A stretch of DNA of 34,075 nt, taken from the IMG/VR virus record IMGVR_UViG_3300048929_000179, positions 85,882 through 119,956 of that record; one strand, 5' to 3'. The stretch is from a virus. The position numbers and the translations under genes are program-made. Below, piece after piece: positions 18,735-26,172 of the stretch (position 1 is the first letter of the stretch; every line of letters starts with the position of its first letter). The notes beneath the pieces are model-generated. The model was not told the DNA's origin. It did no database searches and worked only from the letters and a program-made list of their open reading frames with translations.

Positions 18735-18923
18735 ATGGGAAATGTTGAGCGTCATATTGTTAAAAGTTTAGATGACTTATTAAACTGTAAATACCCAAAC
18801 TGCGAAGAATGTAGTGTATTAAGACAGGACGAGGGTGACGATGAGCCGTGGTGTGGATATGATTCAGTGATTAGATGCGCAATTACATATATAGAATCAG
18901 AAGAATCAAGTAAGTCAAAGTAG
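18735..18923 (+). CDS. Small Cys-rich hypothetical protein
   Basis: GAGG RBS; C-x4-C-x2-C...C. Confidence 0.6.
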   Translation: MGNVERHIVKSLDDLLNCKYPNCEECSVLRQDEGDDEPWCGYDSVIRCAITYIESEESSKSK

Positions 18924-18937
18924 AGTTTGATAGCGAT
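18908..18937. repeat. 11-8-11 junction site 8
   Basis: AAGTAAGTCAA-AGTAGAGT-TTGATAGCGAT; upstream stop TAG is in the spacer. Confidence 0.7.
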
Positions 18938-18951
18938 TGAGAGGGACTAAA

Positions 18952-19125
18952 ATGAAAGCAATTAAATTCATGAAATATATGATACATTATTTCTTTGGTA
19001 GGCATTCATGGGTGTTTATAGCTAAAACGTATCGTGGTAATGAAAAGACCGGGCATGTAGAGGATCAATACATATTTGAGTGCGACAAATGTCACAAGAA
19101 GAAAATTACAAAGGTAGTGAGGTGA
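18952..19125 (+). CDS. Small Zn-binding hypothetical protein
   Basis: H-x-W...CDKC pattern; GAGGG RBS. Confidence 0.6.
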   Translation: MKAIKFMKYMIHYFFGRHSWVFIAKTYRGNEKTGHVEDQYIFECDKCHKKKITKVVR

Positions 19126-19131
19126 CGCGCA

Positions 19132-19824
19132 TTGTCAAAAAGAAAAGAAACATTAGAACTTGAAAGCGCTCTCGCACTGGAAACCAAAACAAAAAGGATA
19201 TATGGATGTGAAGAAATTACAATTGGATTCTACAACAATGGACACGGAAATGAAATTGTAGACTTTATGACTATGGATTCCAAGGGAACGATAAAATGTT
19301 ACGAATTGAAAGTCACTCTTCAGGATCTTAAATCTGATGCAAAGAAATCTTGGTATGGTCATTATAATTATCTTGTAGTTAGCGAAGAATTATATGACGG
19401 TGTTGATACTTCAGATTGGAATTTATACATACCAGGGCACATTGGGATTATAGTGGGCTATCCAAGAAAAGATGAAACAAGATGGCTTGAAAGTAAAAGA
19501 AAAGCGAAGAAGTGTGAAGTGTCTGATGATACAGGAGTAATGCTGAAGGAAAGTATGATTCGCAGCGTGTTCTATAAAATGGAGAAATATAAAGACACTC
19601 AGAGTATTGAAAAGTACAAGAGATTGAATTCTGAAATTCGTAAGTTATCGCAGGAGAGAGATAAGTATTATGAAAAATCAGTAAAAGCAGAGAATCTAAT
19701 TTATAAATTTGAGAAATACAAGTCTCATAATGATGGAACCGATGTAAAACTACAAGAATTAGCTGATGCGGAGTATCAGAAATACAAAATGTTGAGAAAT
19801 AGTATTTTAACATACAACATATAG
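19132..19824 (+). CDS. MmcB-like PD-(D/E)xK nuclease with coiled-coil tail
   Basis: E...IVDFM...CYELKVTLQDLKSD matches the D...E-x-K-x-x-x-x-D pattern of the MmcB/DUF1052 family. Confidence 0.6.
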   Translation: MSKRKETLELESALALETKTKRIYGCEEITIGFYNNGHGNEIVDFMTMDSKGTIKCYELKVTLQDLKSDAKKSWYGHYNYLVVSEELYDGVDTSDWNLYIPGHIGIIVGYPRKDETRWLESKRKAKKCEVSDDTGVMLKESMIRSVFYKMEKYKDTQSIEKYKRLNSEIRKLSQERDKYYEKSVKAENLIYKFEKYKSHNDGTDVKLQELADAEYQKYKMLRNSILTYNI

Positions 19825-19858
19825 TTGTTGTATAAAACAAAACCACAAGATATAGAAT
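19812..19858. promoter_or_regulatory. Tandem NrdR boxes
   Basis: ATACAACATATAGTTG (19812) and CCACAAGATATAGAAT (19843) resemble acaCwAtATaTwGtgt; starts are 31 bp apart, the typical NrdR tandem spacing. Confidence 0.6.
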
Positions 19859-19862
19859 AAAA

Positions 19863-19892
19863 TTCACAGTGAAATCAGTCTTTGACTGGGAA
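19863..19892. repeat. 11-8-11 junction site 9 (most symmetric copy)
   Basis: TTCACAGTGAA-ATCAGTCT-TTGACTGGGAA; arms 9/11 complementary. Confidence 0.75.
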
Positions 19893-19899
19893 GGGAAAT

Positions 19900-20073
19900 T
19901 TGAATAATAATATGGTAAAAGTCCATGAGAAACAATGGGAAATAACTAATCCTAATAGCTTTCAAGAAAGGGATATTGAGTATTCTTGCTTTGAAAAATA
20001 CATAGAAGATTTAAAGAATCCAACATCTGTGATGGAATGTGCTTACTCTTCCAAGATGTACAACGATTTATAA
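19900..20073 (+). CDS. Small hypothetical protein
   Basis: Open frame between sites 9 and 10; start uncertain (TTG 19900 or ATG 19912). Confidence 0.4.
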   Translation: MNNNMVKVHEKQWEITNPNSFQERDIEYSCFEKYIEDLKNPTSVMECAYSSKMYNDL

Positions 20074-20103
20074 TGTAACACAAAGGGATAATTTTATCGC
20101 ATT
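20074..20103. repeat. 11-8-11 junction site 10 (degenerate)
   Basis: TGTAACACAAA-GGGATAAT-TTTATCGCATT; abuts the upstream stop. Confidence 0.35.
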
Positions 20104-20196
20104 CCAATTCACGCACCGACTGCTTAATGCCATAATAAGACACGCGGCCGAAGTGACGAAATAAAAATTACATAAATAAAGGAGTAACTATATAAC

Positions 20197-20388
20197 TTGA
20201 GACTAACTAACGAATTTAAAAGAACTATCAATAAACTACAGGACGACAAGCATCTATTTATCAGGGTTGACGGGACAGACTACATTATAGACACAATCGA
20301 AAAAGACATGGGCTCGTTAGAGCGATCATCTGACTGGTGCTACGTTGCAATACCACACAGAGCCGATGGAATGGGCATTAAAAAATAG
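20197..20388 (+). CDS. Small hypothetical protein
   Basis: AAGGAG RBS, TTG start. Confidence 0.6.
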   Translation: MRLTNEFKRTINKLQDDKHLFIRVDGTDYIIDTIEKDMGSLERSSDWCYVAIPHRADGMGIKK

Positions 20389-20412
20389 TTTTAATAGATT
20401 GAAATAAAATGG

Positions 20413-20441
20413 TTGACATTACGGAATGAGCGGTATATAAT
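20413..20441 (+). promoter_or_regulatory. Consensus sigma-A/sigma-70 promoter for the ligase operon
   Basis: TTGACA (20413-18), 17-bp spacer, TATAAT (20436-41), with an AT-rich upstream tract. Confidence 0.8.
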
Positions 20442-20478
20442 CTTAATAGATGGAAATAAAATTGAGCAAAGGAGAGCA

Positions 20479-22443
20479 ATGGATAAAGTAGATAGAATCA
20501 AAGAACTTGTTAATAAGCTGCAAAAAGCGACAGTTGCGTATTACAAATATGATAACCCTATTATGAGTGACAAGGAATACGATGACCTATATGACGAATT
20601 GGAACTGCTTGAAAAATACACCAGAATCATTATGAACAATTCACCAACTCAGAATGTGCAAGGATACATATTAGACGAACTACAAAAGGTAAAACATAGC
20701 AAACCAATGTTAAGTTCAGCGAAGACAAAGGATATTAATGAGATTAAGAAGTTTATTGGTAAACAGAGAGTTGTAATGAGTTGGAAAGAAGATGGTCTTA
20801 CAATTGTGCTGCGTTACAAAAACGGTGCATTCGATAAAGCTATTACCAGAGGAAGCCAGGGACTTATCGGAGAAGACGTTACACACACTATGAAAATGTG
20901 TAGTGATATACCAATGAAACTTCCATATTGCACAGACATTGAGGTAAGAGGGGAGTGTGTAATCTCGTGGGAAGATTTCAATAGAATCAATGAAATACTG
21001 GAAGAACCGTATAAACACCCAAGAAATTTGGCGGCAGGAACCGTTAGACAGCTAGATTCAAGTATAGCGAAGGAAAGAAATATTAAATTCAAAGCATTTG
21101 AGTTAGTTCAAGACGATTGGTTGCACAGTGACCTTGAATATAATCAAACATGCAATATAGACGAATCATTTAAATATCTCAAAGAATGCGGATTCGATGT
21201 TGTAGAGCATTCAATGGTTACAGCGGATAATGTAGATGAAGAAATTTCAAAATACAGCCCAGAAGAATACGAGTTTCCGGTAGACGGATTAATATTCAAA
21301 TATTGTGATTATTTGTATGGTAAATCACTCGGAGAAACTGCACATCATGAGCTAAATGGTATTGCCCTAAAATGGAACGATTCTCTATATGAGACTACAT
21401 TGAGAGATATTGAGTGGAACACATCTCGTACCGGATTAATAAATCCTGTAGCTATATTTGATGAAGTTGATTTAGACGGTGCGGATACCACCCGCGCAAC
21501 ATTACATAACATCTCTTATATAGAAGATTTGCAGTTAGGCGTTGAAGATAAGATTATGGTGTATCGTGCCAATATGGTAATTCCAAAAGTACACGGTAAT
21601 CTTACTCGATCTAATACATTTACGACTCCAGATAAGTGTCCTTGCTGCGGAGAGCCTACAGAAATACATAAATATAACGATAGTAAAACGCTACATTGTA
21701 CGAATCCATACTGTAAAGCAAAATTAATTGCCAGACTGACTCACTTCGTATCAAGAGACGCAATGAGTATCGATGGATTATCTGAAGCCACATTGGAGAA
21801 AATTATGTCCATTGTAGACATTAAGAATTTCTACGATATTTACACTTTGAAAGATCATTACGATGGAATAGTCACCTTAGAAGGACTTGGAGAGAAATCA
21901 GTCAAAAAACTATTAGCCGAGATCGAGCTTAGCAAAGACACTGAATTGAATAGGTTTTTATATGCTCTGTCAATTCCTGTGGTTGGGAAGACGGCGTGTA
22001 AGACGATTTCAAAGTATTTCAATGGTGATTTCGATAAAATGTATAGCGAGTGGATTGGCGATTTCGATTGGACACAATTAAATGATTTCGGAAATACAAT
22101 GCATGATAATATGACAAACTTCATCAGGCACAATTGCCTGTGGGTTAAAGAACTCGCAGACATAATGAACTTCAAAACTGAAACAAAGACAGGTGTTGGC
22201 GCACCATTATTAAACAAGACCTACGTAATCACAGGCAGTTTATATAAAATTTCCAGAAAAGAATTAACAGAAAAATTAGAATCTCTTGGTGCAAAAGTCA
22301 CCGGGAGCGTGAGTAAGGTTACTACAGTTCTCATCAATAATGATACGGAATCTAATAGTTCTAAGAACAAGAAAGCTAAAGAACTCGGCGTCCCAATTAT
22401 GAGTGAAGATGAGTTCTTAGATAGCATCGAAAAATATTTATAG
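20479..22443 (+). CDS. ligA: NAD+-dependent DNA ligase
   Basis: YY...SDKEYD, KEDG adenylation motif, TRG, EVRGE, PRNLAAG, ATLHN, CPCC...C...C zinc finger, C-terminal BRCT; AAGGAG RBS before ATG 20479. Confidence 0.95.
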   Translation: MDKVDRIKELVNKLQKATVAYYKYDNPIMSDKEYDDLYDELELLEKYTRIIMNNSPTQNVQGYILDELQKVKHSKPMLSSAKTKDINEIKKFIGKQRVVMSWKEDGLTIVLRYKNGAFDKAITRGSQGLIGEDVTHTMKMCSDIPMKLPYCTDIEVRGECVISWEDFNRINEILEEPYKHPRNLAAGTVRQLDSSIAKERNIKFKAFELVQDDWLHSDLEYNQTCNIDESFKYLKECGFDVVEHSMVTADNVDEEISKYSPEEYEFPVDGLIFKYCDYLYGKSLGETAHHELNGIALKWNDSLYETTLRDIEWNTSRTGLINPVAIFDEVDLDGADTTRATLHNISYIEDLQLGVEDKIMVYRANMVIPKVHGNLTRSNTFTTPDKCPCCGEPTEIHKYNDSKTLHCTNPYCKAKLIARLTHFVSRDAMSIDGLSEATLEKIMSIVDIKNFYDIYTLKDHYDGIVTLEGLGEKSVKKLLAEIELSKDTELNRFLYALSIPVVGKTACKTISKYFNGDFDKMYSEWIGDFDWTQLNDFGNTMHDNMTNFIRHNCLWVKELADIMNFKTETKTGVGAPLLNKTYVITGSLYKISRKELTEKLESLGAKVTGSVSKVTTVLINNDTESNSSKNKKAKELGVPIMSEDEFLDSIEKYL

Positions 22444-22454
22444 GAGGGAAAATA

Positions 22455-22697
22455 TTGAGAGATTATGTAGTTAAAATTTCAAATGTTCAAGATGTAAAAA
22501 GACTGGTTAGCGCCTTGGAATGTGACATTGATTCAGACATCGACATTGTAGTAGAACGACATATTTGTGACGCTAAAAGTCTATTGGGATTCCTTTCATA
22601 TGACTTGAATAAACCAATTGTATTAGAGATTCATTCAGATGATAAAGACGAAATTTCAAGATTTGTTAATATCATCAAAGATTATATTTTTAATTAA
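22455..22697 (+). CDS. HPr-like phosphocarrier homologue lacking His15
   Basis: DAKSLLG (Ser46 motif) in an 80-aa protein; no GLHARP motif. Confidence 0.75.
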   Translation: MRDYVVKISNVQDVKRLVSALECDIDSDIDIVVERHICDAKSLLGFLSYDLNKPIVLEIHSDDKDEISRFVNIIKDYIFN

Positions 22698-22708
22698 AGG
22701 AGGAGCTT

Positions 22709-23290
22709 TTGAAAATTTATAACACTAATGTGTATGGACTAGAAAATGCAATAAGGGTTAGCAAATATCCCATGGCAGTAAACGCAGAAAATTGTGCATC
22801 TGGAATTACAAATACAACCAAAAGTTTAGCATCGTGCAATATTGGTGGAGGGCATGATAACTTCTTAAAGGGGATTATTGTTCAGTTTGATATGAAGTTT
22901 TCAAACAAAATGTCAGTGGAATTAGAACGATATCACTTTATCGATTTCATTTCAAGTCAGTCAACGATGCATCGAATTACAAGCTTTGCTCTTAAAGACC
23001 AGTGTAATGAATACGTAAATGAGAGAATTATTGATATCGTACAGGAAATGATTGATGTCTATAAAGGATTAGAAGACAAGGGAACTAAATTTGCCAAAGA
23101 CTTATATTTAAGAATCTTATATAACGTGCCATCTGGATTTGAGCTGACTGCCGGATTCACTACAAACTATCAGCAATTAAAAACAATCCATGCCCAGAGG
23201 AAGAGTCATAGGCTCCCTGAGTGGCGGGAGTTTTGCGAGTGGGTCGAGGATTTGCCGAAATTTAGAGAACTGGTACTGAAGGGAGAATAA
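22709..23290 (+). CDS. ThyX/Thy1-like protein with degenerate motif
   Basis: GHDNFL, ELERYHFIDFISSQSTMHR (compare RHRxxSxxxxSxR), TNYQQL...QRKSHRLPEWR. Confidence 0.6.
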   Translation: MKIYNTNVYGLENAIRVSKYPMAVNAENCASGITNTTKSLASCNIGGGHDNFLKGIIVQFDMKFSNKMSVELERYHFIDFISSQSTMHRITSFALKDQCNEYVNERIIDIVQEMIDVYKGLEDKGTKFAKDLYLRILYNVPSGFELTAGFTTNYQQLKTIHAQRKSHRLPEWREFCEWVEDLPKFRELVLKGE

Positions 23291-23293
23291 AAG

Positions 23294-23713
23294 ATGAAGT
23301 GTGAAGATTGTAAAAGTTGTAAGTTAGGATACTTTAAATCTAATCCAGATAAGTATGTTTGTACTGGAGTAAAAGAACCGTTTGTGATCGAAAATATTGA
23401 TAAAGAATGCACAGAATATCCAGATAGACCTCAATATAACTTAGATTTAAAACTAAAAACTGAACAAGTGGATCACCCAAAACATTATGGTGGGAAGAAT
23501 AATCCATATGAAGCAATCAAAGTAATCAGAGCGTGGGATTTGGGATTTGACTTGGGAAACGTCGTTAAATACATAAGCAGAATGGGTAAAAAGGATTTAA
23601 AAGGAGATGTTATCGAATCTTCAATCGAGGATTTAAAAAAGGCTAGATTTTATTTAGATGATGAAATCAAATACATGGAAGCACAGTTGGAAGCAATTAA
23701 GTATCAAGAATAG
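23294..23713 (+). CDS. DUF3310 protein (T7 gp1.7-like nucleotide kinase family) with Cys-rich N-terminus
   Basis: VDHPKHY, EAIKVI, GNVVKYISR.GKK, EDLKKARFYL. Confidence 0.8.
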   Translation: MKCEDCKSCKLGYFKSNPDKYVCTGVKEPFVIENIDKECTEYPDRPQYNLDLKLKTEQVDHPKHYGGKNNPYEAIKVIRAWDLGFDLGNVVKYISRMGKKDLKGDVIESSIEDLKKARFYLDDEIKYMEAQLEAIKYQE

Positions 23714-23720
23714 GAGAATT

Positions 23721-23890
23721 ATGGTCTTTGATGAAAGAATGTTAGTCAAATACATCGGTAAATCAAATCCGATGGGGTTTATTCAGGATACCATCTCGCA
23801 GCACTCTACGATACAACGCATAACCATGAAGTAAATTTATTTATAATCCACGGGAGCATGAAGAGTGTGGCTCATAACTGGGATATTTAA
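23721..23890 (+). pseudogene. Probable frameshifted or internally deleted small gene
   Basis: AGGAG + ATG 23721 frame stops at 23834; a second open frame runs to TAA 23890, just before the next RBS. Confidence 0.3.
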
Positions 23891-23903
23891 AGGAGGAGTG
23901 TAG

Positions 23904-24359
23904 TTGAAAGATGTGTGGTTATGTGGAGCGTCAGAGTGCCTCAATTTCGAGGAAAGTAATGAGTGGCGCAGTAATTGCCAAGAATGGTTTAAAACTTGTT
24001 CTAAGCATTTTAGATCTATTAATCCAAACGATTATTATAATTACAGCGAGTGTCTTCATAAGTCTGATCTTGAAATCCTTATGTTCTGTTTACGGAAAGT
24101 TAGGAAATCAAAAGTAGTCCTTGTGAACTTAAACAATATTAGGTTATCAGTTGGCAGCATTGTTGAAATGGCGTGGGCTTATCTGTGGAGAAAACCAATT
24201 ATCGGATTCCTGGAGCAAAATGATGTGGGAGAAGATGAAGTGGATAAATTAAAGAAAATCATTCACCCATGGGTCTACTGCTTCTGTGACAGAATTGAAT
24301 TAGGTGAGGATTCAATGGAAGAAGCAATGCTATACATAGATAAATATTATGGAAGATAA
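23904..24359 (+). CDS. Nucleoside 2-deoxyribosyltransferase / Rcl-like N-glycosidase
   Basis: VWLCG, INP, SVGSIVEMAWAYLWRKPII motifs. Confidence 0.75.
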   Translation: MKDVWLCGASECLNFEESNEWRSNCQEWFKTCSKHFRSINPNDYYNYSECLHKSDLEILMFCLRKVRKSKVVLVNLNNIRLSVGSIVEMAWAYLWRKPIIGFLEQNDVGEDEVDKLKKIIHPWVYCFCDRIELGEDSMEEAMLYIDKYYGR

Positions 24360-24372
24360 AGGGGAATAAAAA

Positions 24373-24663
24373 ATGAAATTTAGAAAGAAACCAGGAGTAA
24401 TCGAAGCATTTCAGTATGATGGGGATTTTATTAATGGGCGAGGAAATTATTATATTCCAGAATGGGCTATAAATGCACACAAAAGGGGGATCTTGTCTTT
24501 TGCAGAAGATCATCAGTCGGGACTTCCGTATGAACTATTTGTAAAGACGCTCGAAGGAGTGATGAAAGCAAATGTAGGAGATTACGTAATTCAAGATGTA
24601 AATGGAGAATTATATCCATGTAAACCAGACGTTTTTGATAAAACATATGAATTAGCTGAATAA
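24373..24663 (+). CDS. Conserved phage protein of the RKKP...TLEG...GDY...YPCKPD family (PGDYG-like); candidate nucleotide-signal sponge
   Basis: MKFRKKPGVIEAFQ...KTLEGVMKANVGDYVI...GELYPCKPDVFDKTYE. Confidence 0.65.
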   Translation: MKFRKKPGVIEAFQYDGDFINGRGNYYIPEWAINAHKRGILSFAEDHQSGLPYELFVKTLEGVMKANVGDYVIQDVNGELYPCKPDVFDKTYELAE

Positions 24664-24664
24664 A

Positions 24665-24694
24665 TTCACGGTAAAACTGCACTTTGATAGAGAG
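24665..24694. repeat. 11-8-11 junction site 11
   Basis: TTCACGGTAAA-ACTGCACT-TTGATAGAGAG. Confidence 0.75.
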
Positions 24695-24714
24695 AGGAAG
24701 ATGAGATAAATTAT

Positions 24715-25197
24715 ATGACAGAAAAGCAAAGAATTATTTTGGAAAAATACTTGACAAAAGATAGAATTGATAAATTAAATCAAATGAGTTTTAAAACATC
24801 GTCTAGTTTAATTGATATGATTCTTCATTTTAAAAGTTACCATACGGTTTGCGGTGAAATGTGTAATATTCCTTTTTTAATTAGAACTCCAACTGAAGAA
24901 GAAGTATTCGTCATTGAGGAGATGGTAAATAAAAACAGGTCATTGTACGGATTGGCAACAGACGAATATGCCTCGTTATTTAAGGTGAAATATATCCCTA
25001 GATGCAAAGAGTTATTTGTTGTAAAACAGACATGGTTTAAGGGTATGAGTAATTCTCCAACATGTAATTATGCAAATCTACATAAGGACGGTAGTAAGGT
25101 CGAGGGGATTTATAACATGTTATTTGATGCAGAAATATACTCAATTGTTGGATTAACGAAATCATATGCAGATGAATTACAAAAGACCATAAAATAA
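24715..25197 (+). CDS. Hypothetical protein flanked by sites 11 and 12
   Basis: 160-aa ORF. Confidence 0.65.
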   Translation: MTEKQRIILEKYLTKDRIDKLNQMSFKTSSSLIDMILHFKSYHTVCGEMCNIPFLIRTPTEEEVFVIEEMVNKNRSLYGLATDEYASLFKVKYIPRCKELFVVKQTWFKGMSNSPTCNYANLHKDGSKVEGIYNMLFDAEIYSIVGLTKSYADELQKTIK

Positions 25198-25212
25198 TAC
25201 TTCTACCTACTT
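25183..25212. repeat. 11-8-11 junction site 12 (AAG-type arms on both sides)
   Basis: AAGACCATAAA-ATAATACT-TCTACCTACTT; upstream stop is in the spacer. Confidence 0.5.
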
Positions 25213-25229
25213 AAAGAAAGGAAAGAGTC

Positions 25230-25484
25230 ATGTCAATAGAAAATAAATATAGAGAATACGAATTAAAAAGAGATACTAATTTTCCTACAGCAATACATAC
25301 AAGAATTAATGACAGATATAGAATATCGAGCATTTACAAAAGAGCGTCTACAAATCAAATAATGTATTTCTGGGAGACGTTTATATGGGACGGAGAACAA
25401 GTATGGGAAAGTGAATCTCAGTATAATGCGGATAAAGTATTAGAGTATCATTACACCAAGTATTTTGAACTTGGAGGATTGTAA
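25230..25484 (+). CDS. Hypothetical protein
   Basis: AAGGA RBS; WETFIWD motif. Confidence 0.65.
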   Translation: MSIENKYREYELKRDTNFPTAIHTRINDRYRISSIYKRASTNQIMYFWETFIWDGEQVWESESQYNADKVLEYHYTKYFELGGL

Positions 25485-25514
25485 AAGCACATCAATCGAC
25501 GACTTGATGGAGAA
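25485..25514. repeat. 11-8-11 junction site 13
   Basis: AAGCACATCAA-TCGACGAC-TTGATGGAGAA. Confidence 0.7.
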
Positions 25515-25539
25515 GTATATAAAACAATAGGGGGTAAGC

Positions 25540-26172
25540 ATAATTAGAACAATAATTATTGGAGATATACACGGCTGCTACTTTACATTATTAAATCTAA
25601 TAGAAAAAATTAATTATGATAAACAAAATGATAAATTAATATTTCTTGGTGATTACATAGACCGTGGTAATAACAGTTATGAAGTTGTGGATTATTTAAT
25701 TAAACTGCAAAGAGACGTAGGCAAAGATAATTGTATATGCTTGTTGGGCAATCATGAATACATGGCTTACACAGATGAGCTGTTGTGGAAAAGTAATGGC
25801 GGCAATAAAACAATTAAAAGCTACTATAAAAACAATACTCATAAAAATGCGCATCATTACTGGTTTAAGCAATTGCCATTATTACATGAGACAGATGAAT
25901 TTATTTGTTGTCATGCAGGACTGCCCAATCCAATCACCAAAGACAATAATTTAGAGGATATATTATGGGATCGTTATTGGATAAAAACTAACACAGAACC
26001 AAACGAAAAAACTGTAATTTTCGGGCATACTCCTTCAACAAATTTAGCGTACAAAACTATTAATGGAAACATTTGTATTGATACCGCCTGTGTATTTGGA
26101 TATCAACTGTGCGCCATGGTGATAGGGGATCAGGTTGAATTCGTTTATGAAAACAAAAACGTCAAAGATTAG
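25540..26172 (+). CDS. PPP-family Ser/Thr metallophosphatase (lambda phosphatase-like), ATA start
   Basis: GDIHG and GDYIDRG lie upstream of the first canonical start (GTG 25687); GNHE, HAG, FGHTP, IDT follow; in-frame stop at 25528-30. Confidence 0.9.
   Translation: MIRTIIIGDIHGCYFTLLNLIEKINYDKQNDKLIFLGDYIDRGNNSYEVVDYLIKLQRDVGKDNCICLLGNHEYMAYTDELLWKSNGGNKTIKSYYKNNTHKNAHHYWFKQLPLLHETDEFICCHAGLPNPITKDNNLEDILWDRYWIKTNTEPNEKTVIFGHTPSTNLAYKTINGNICIDTACVFGYQLCAMVIGDQVEFVYENKNVKD

Noticed and set aside
20108-20160. Hammerhead, pistol or twister ribozyme
   Set aside because: Conserved cores such as CUGANGA...GAAA are not present in the right arrangement.
20413-20478. TTG 20413 as the ligase start
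   Set aside because: That TTG is the -35 hexamer; ATG 20479 has an AAGGAG RBS.
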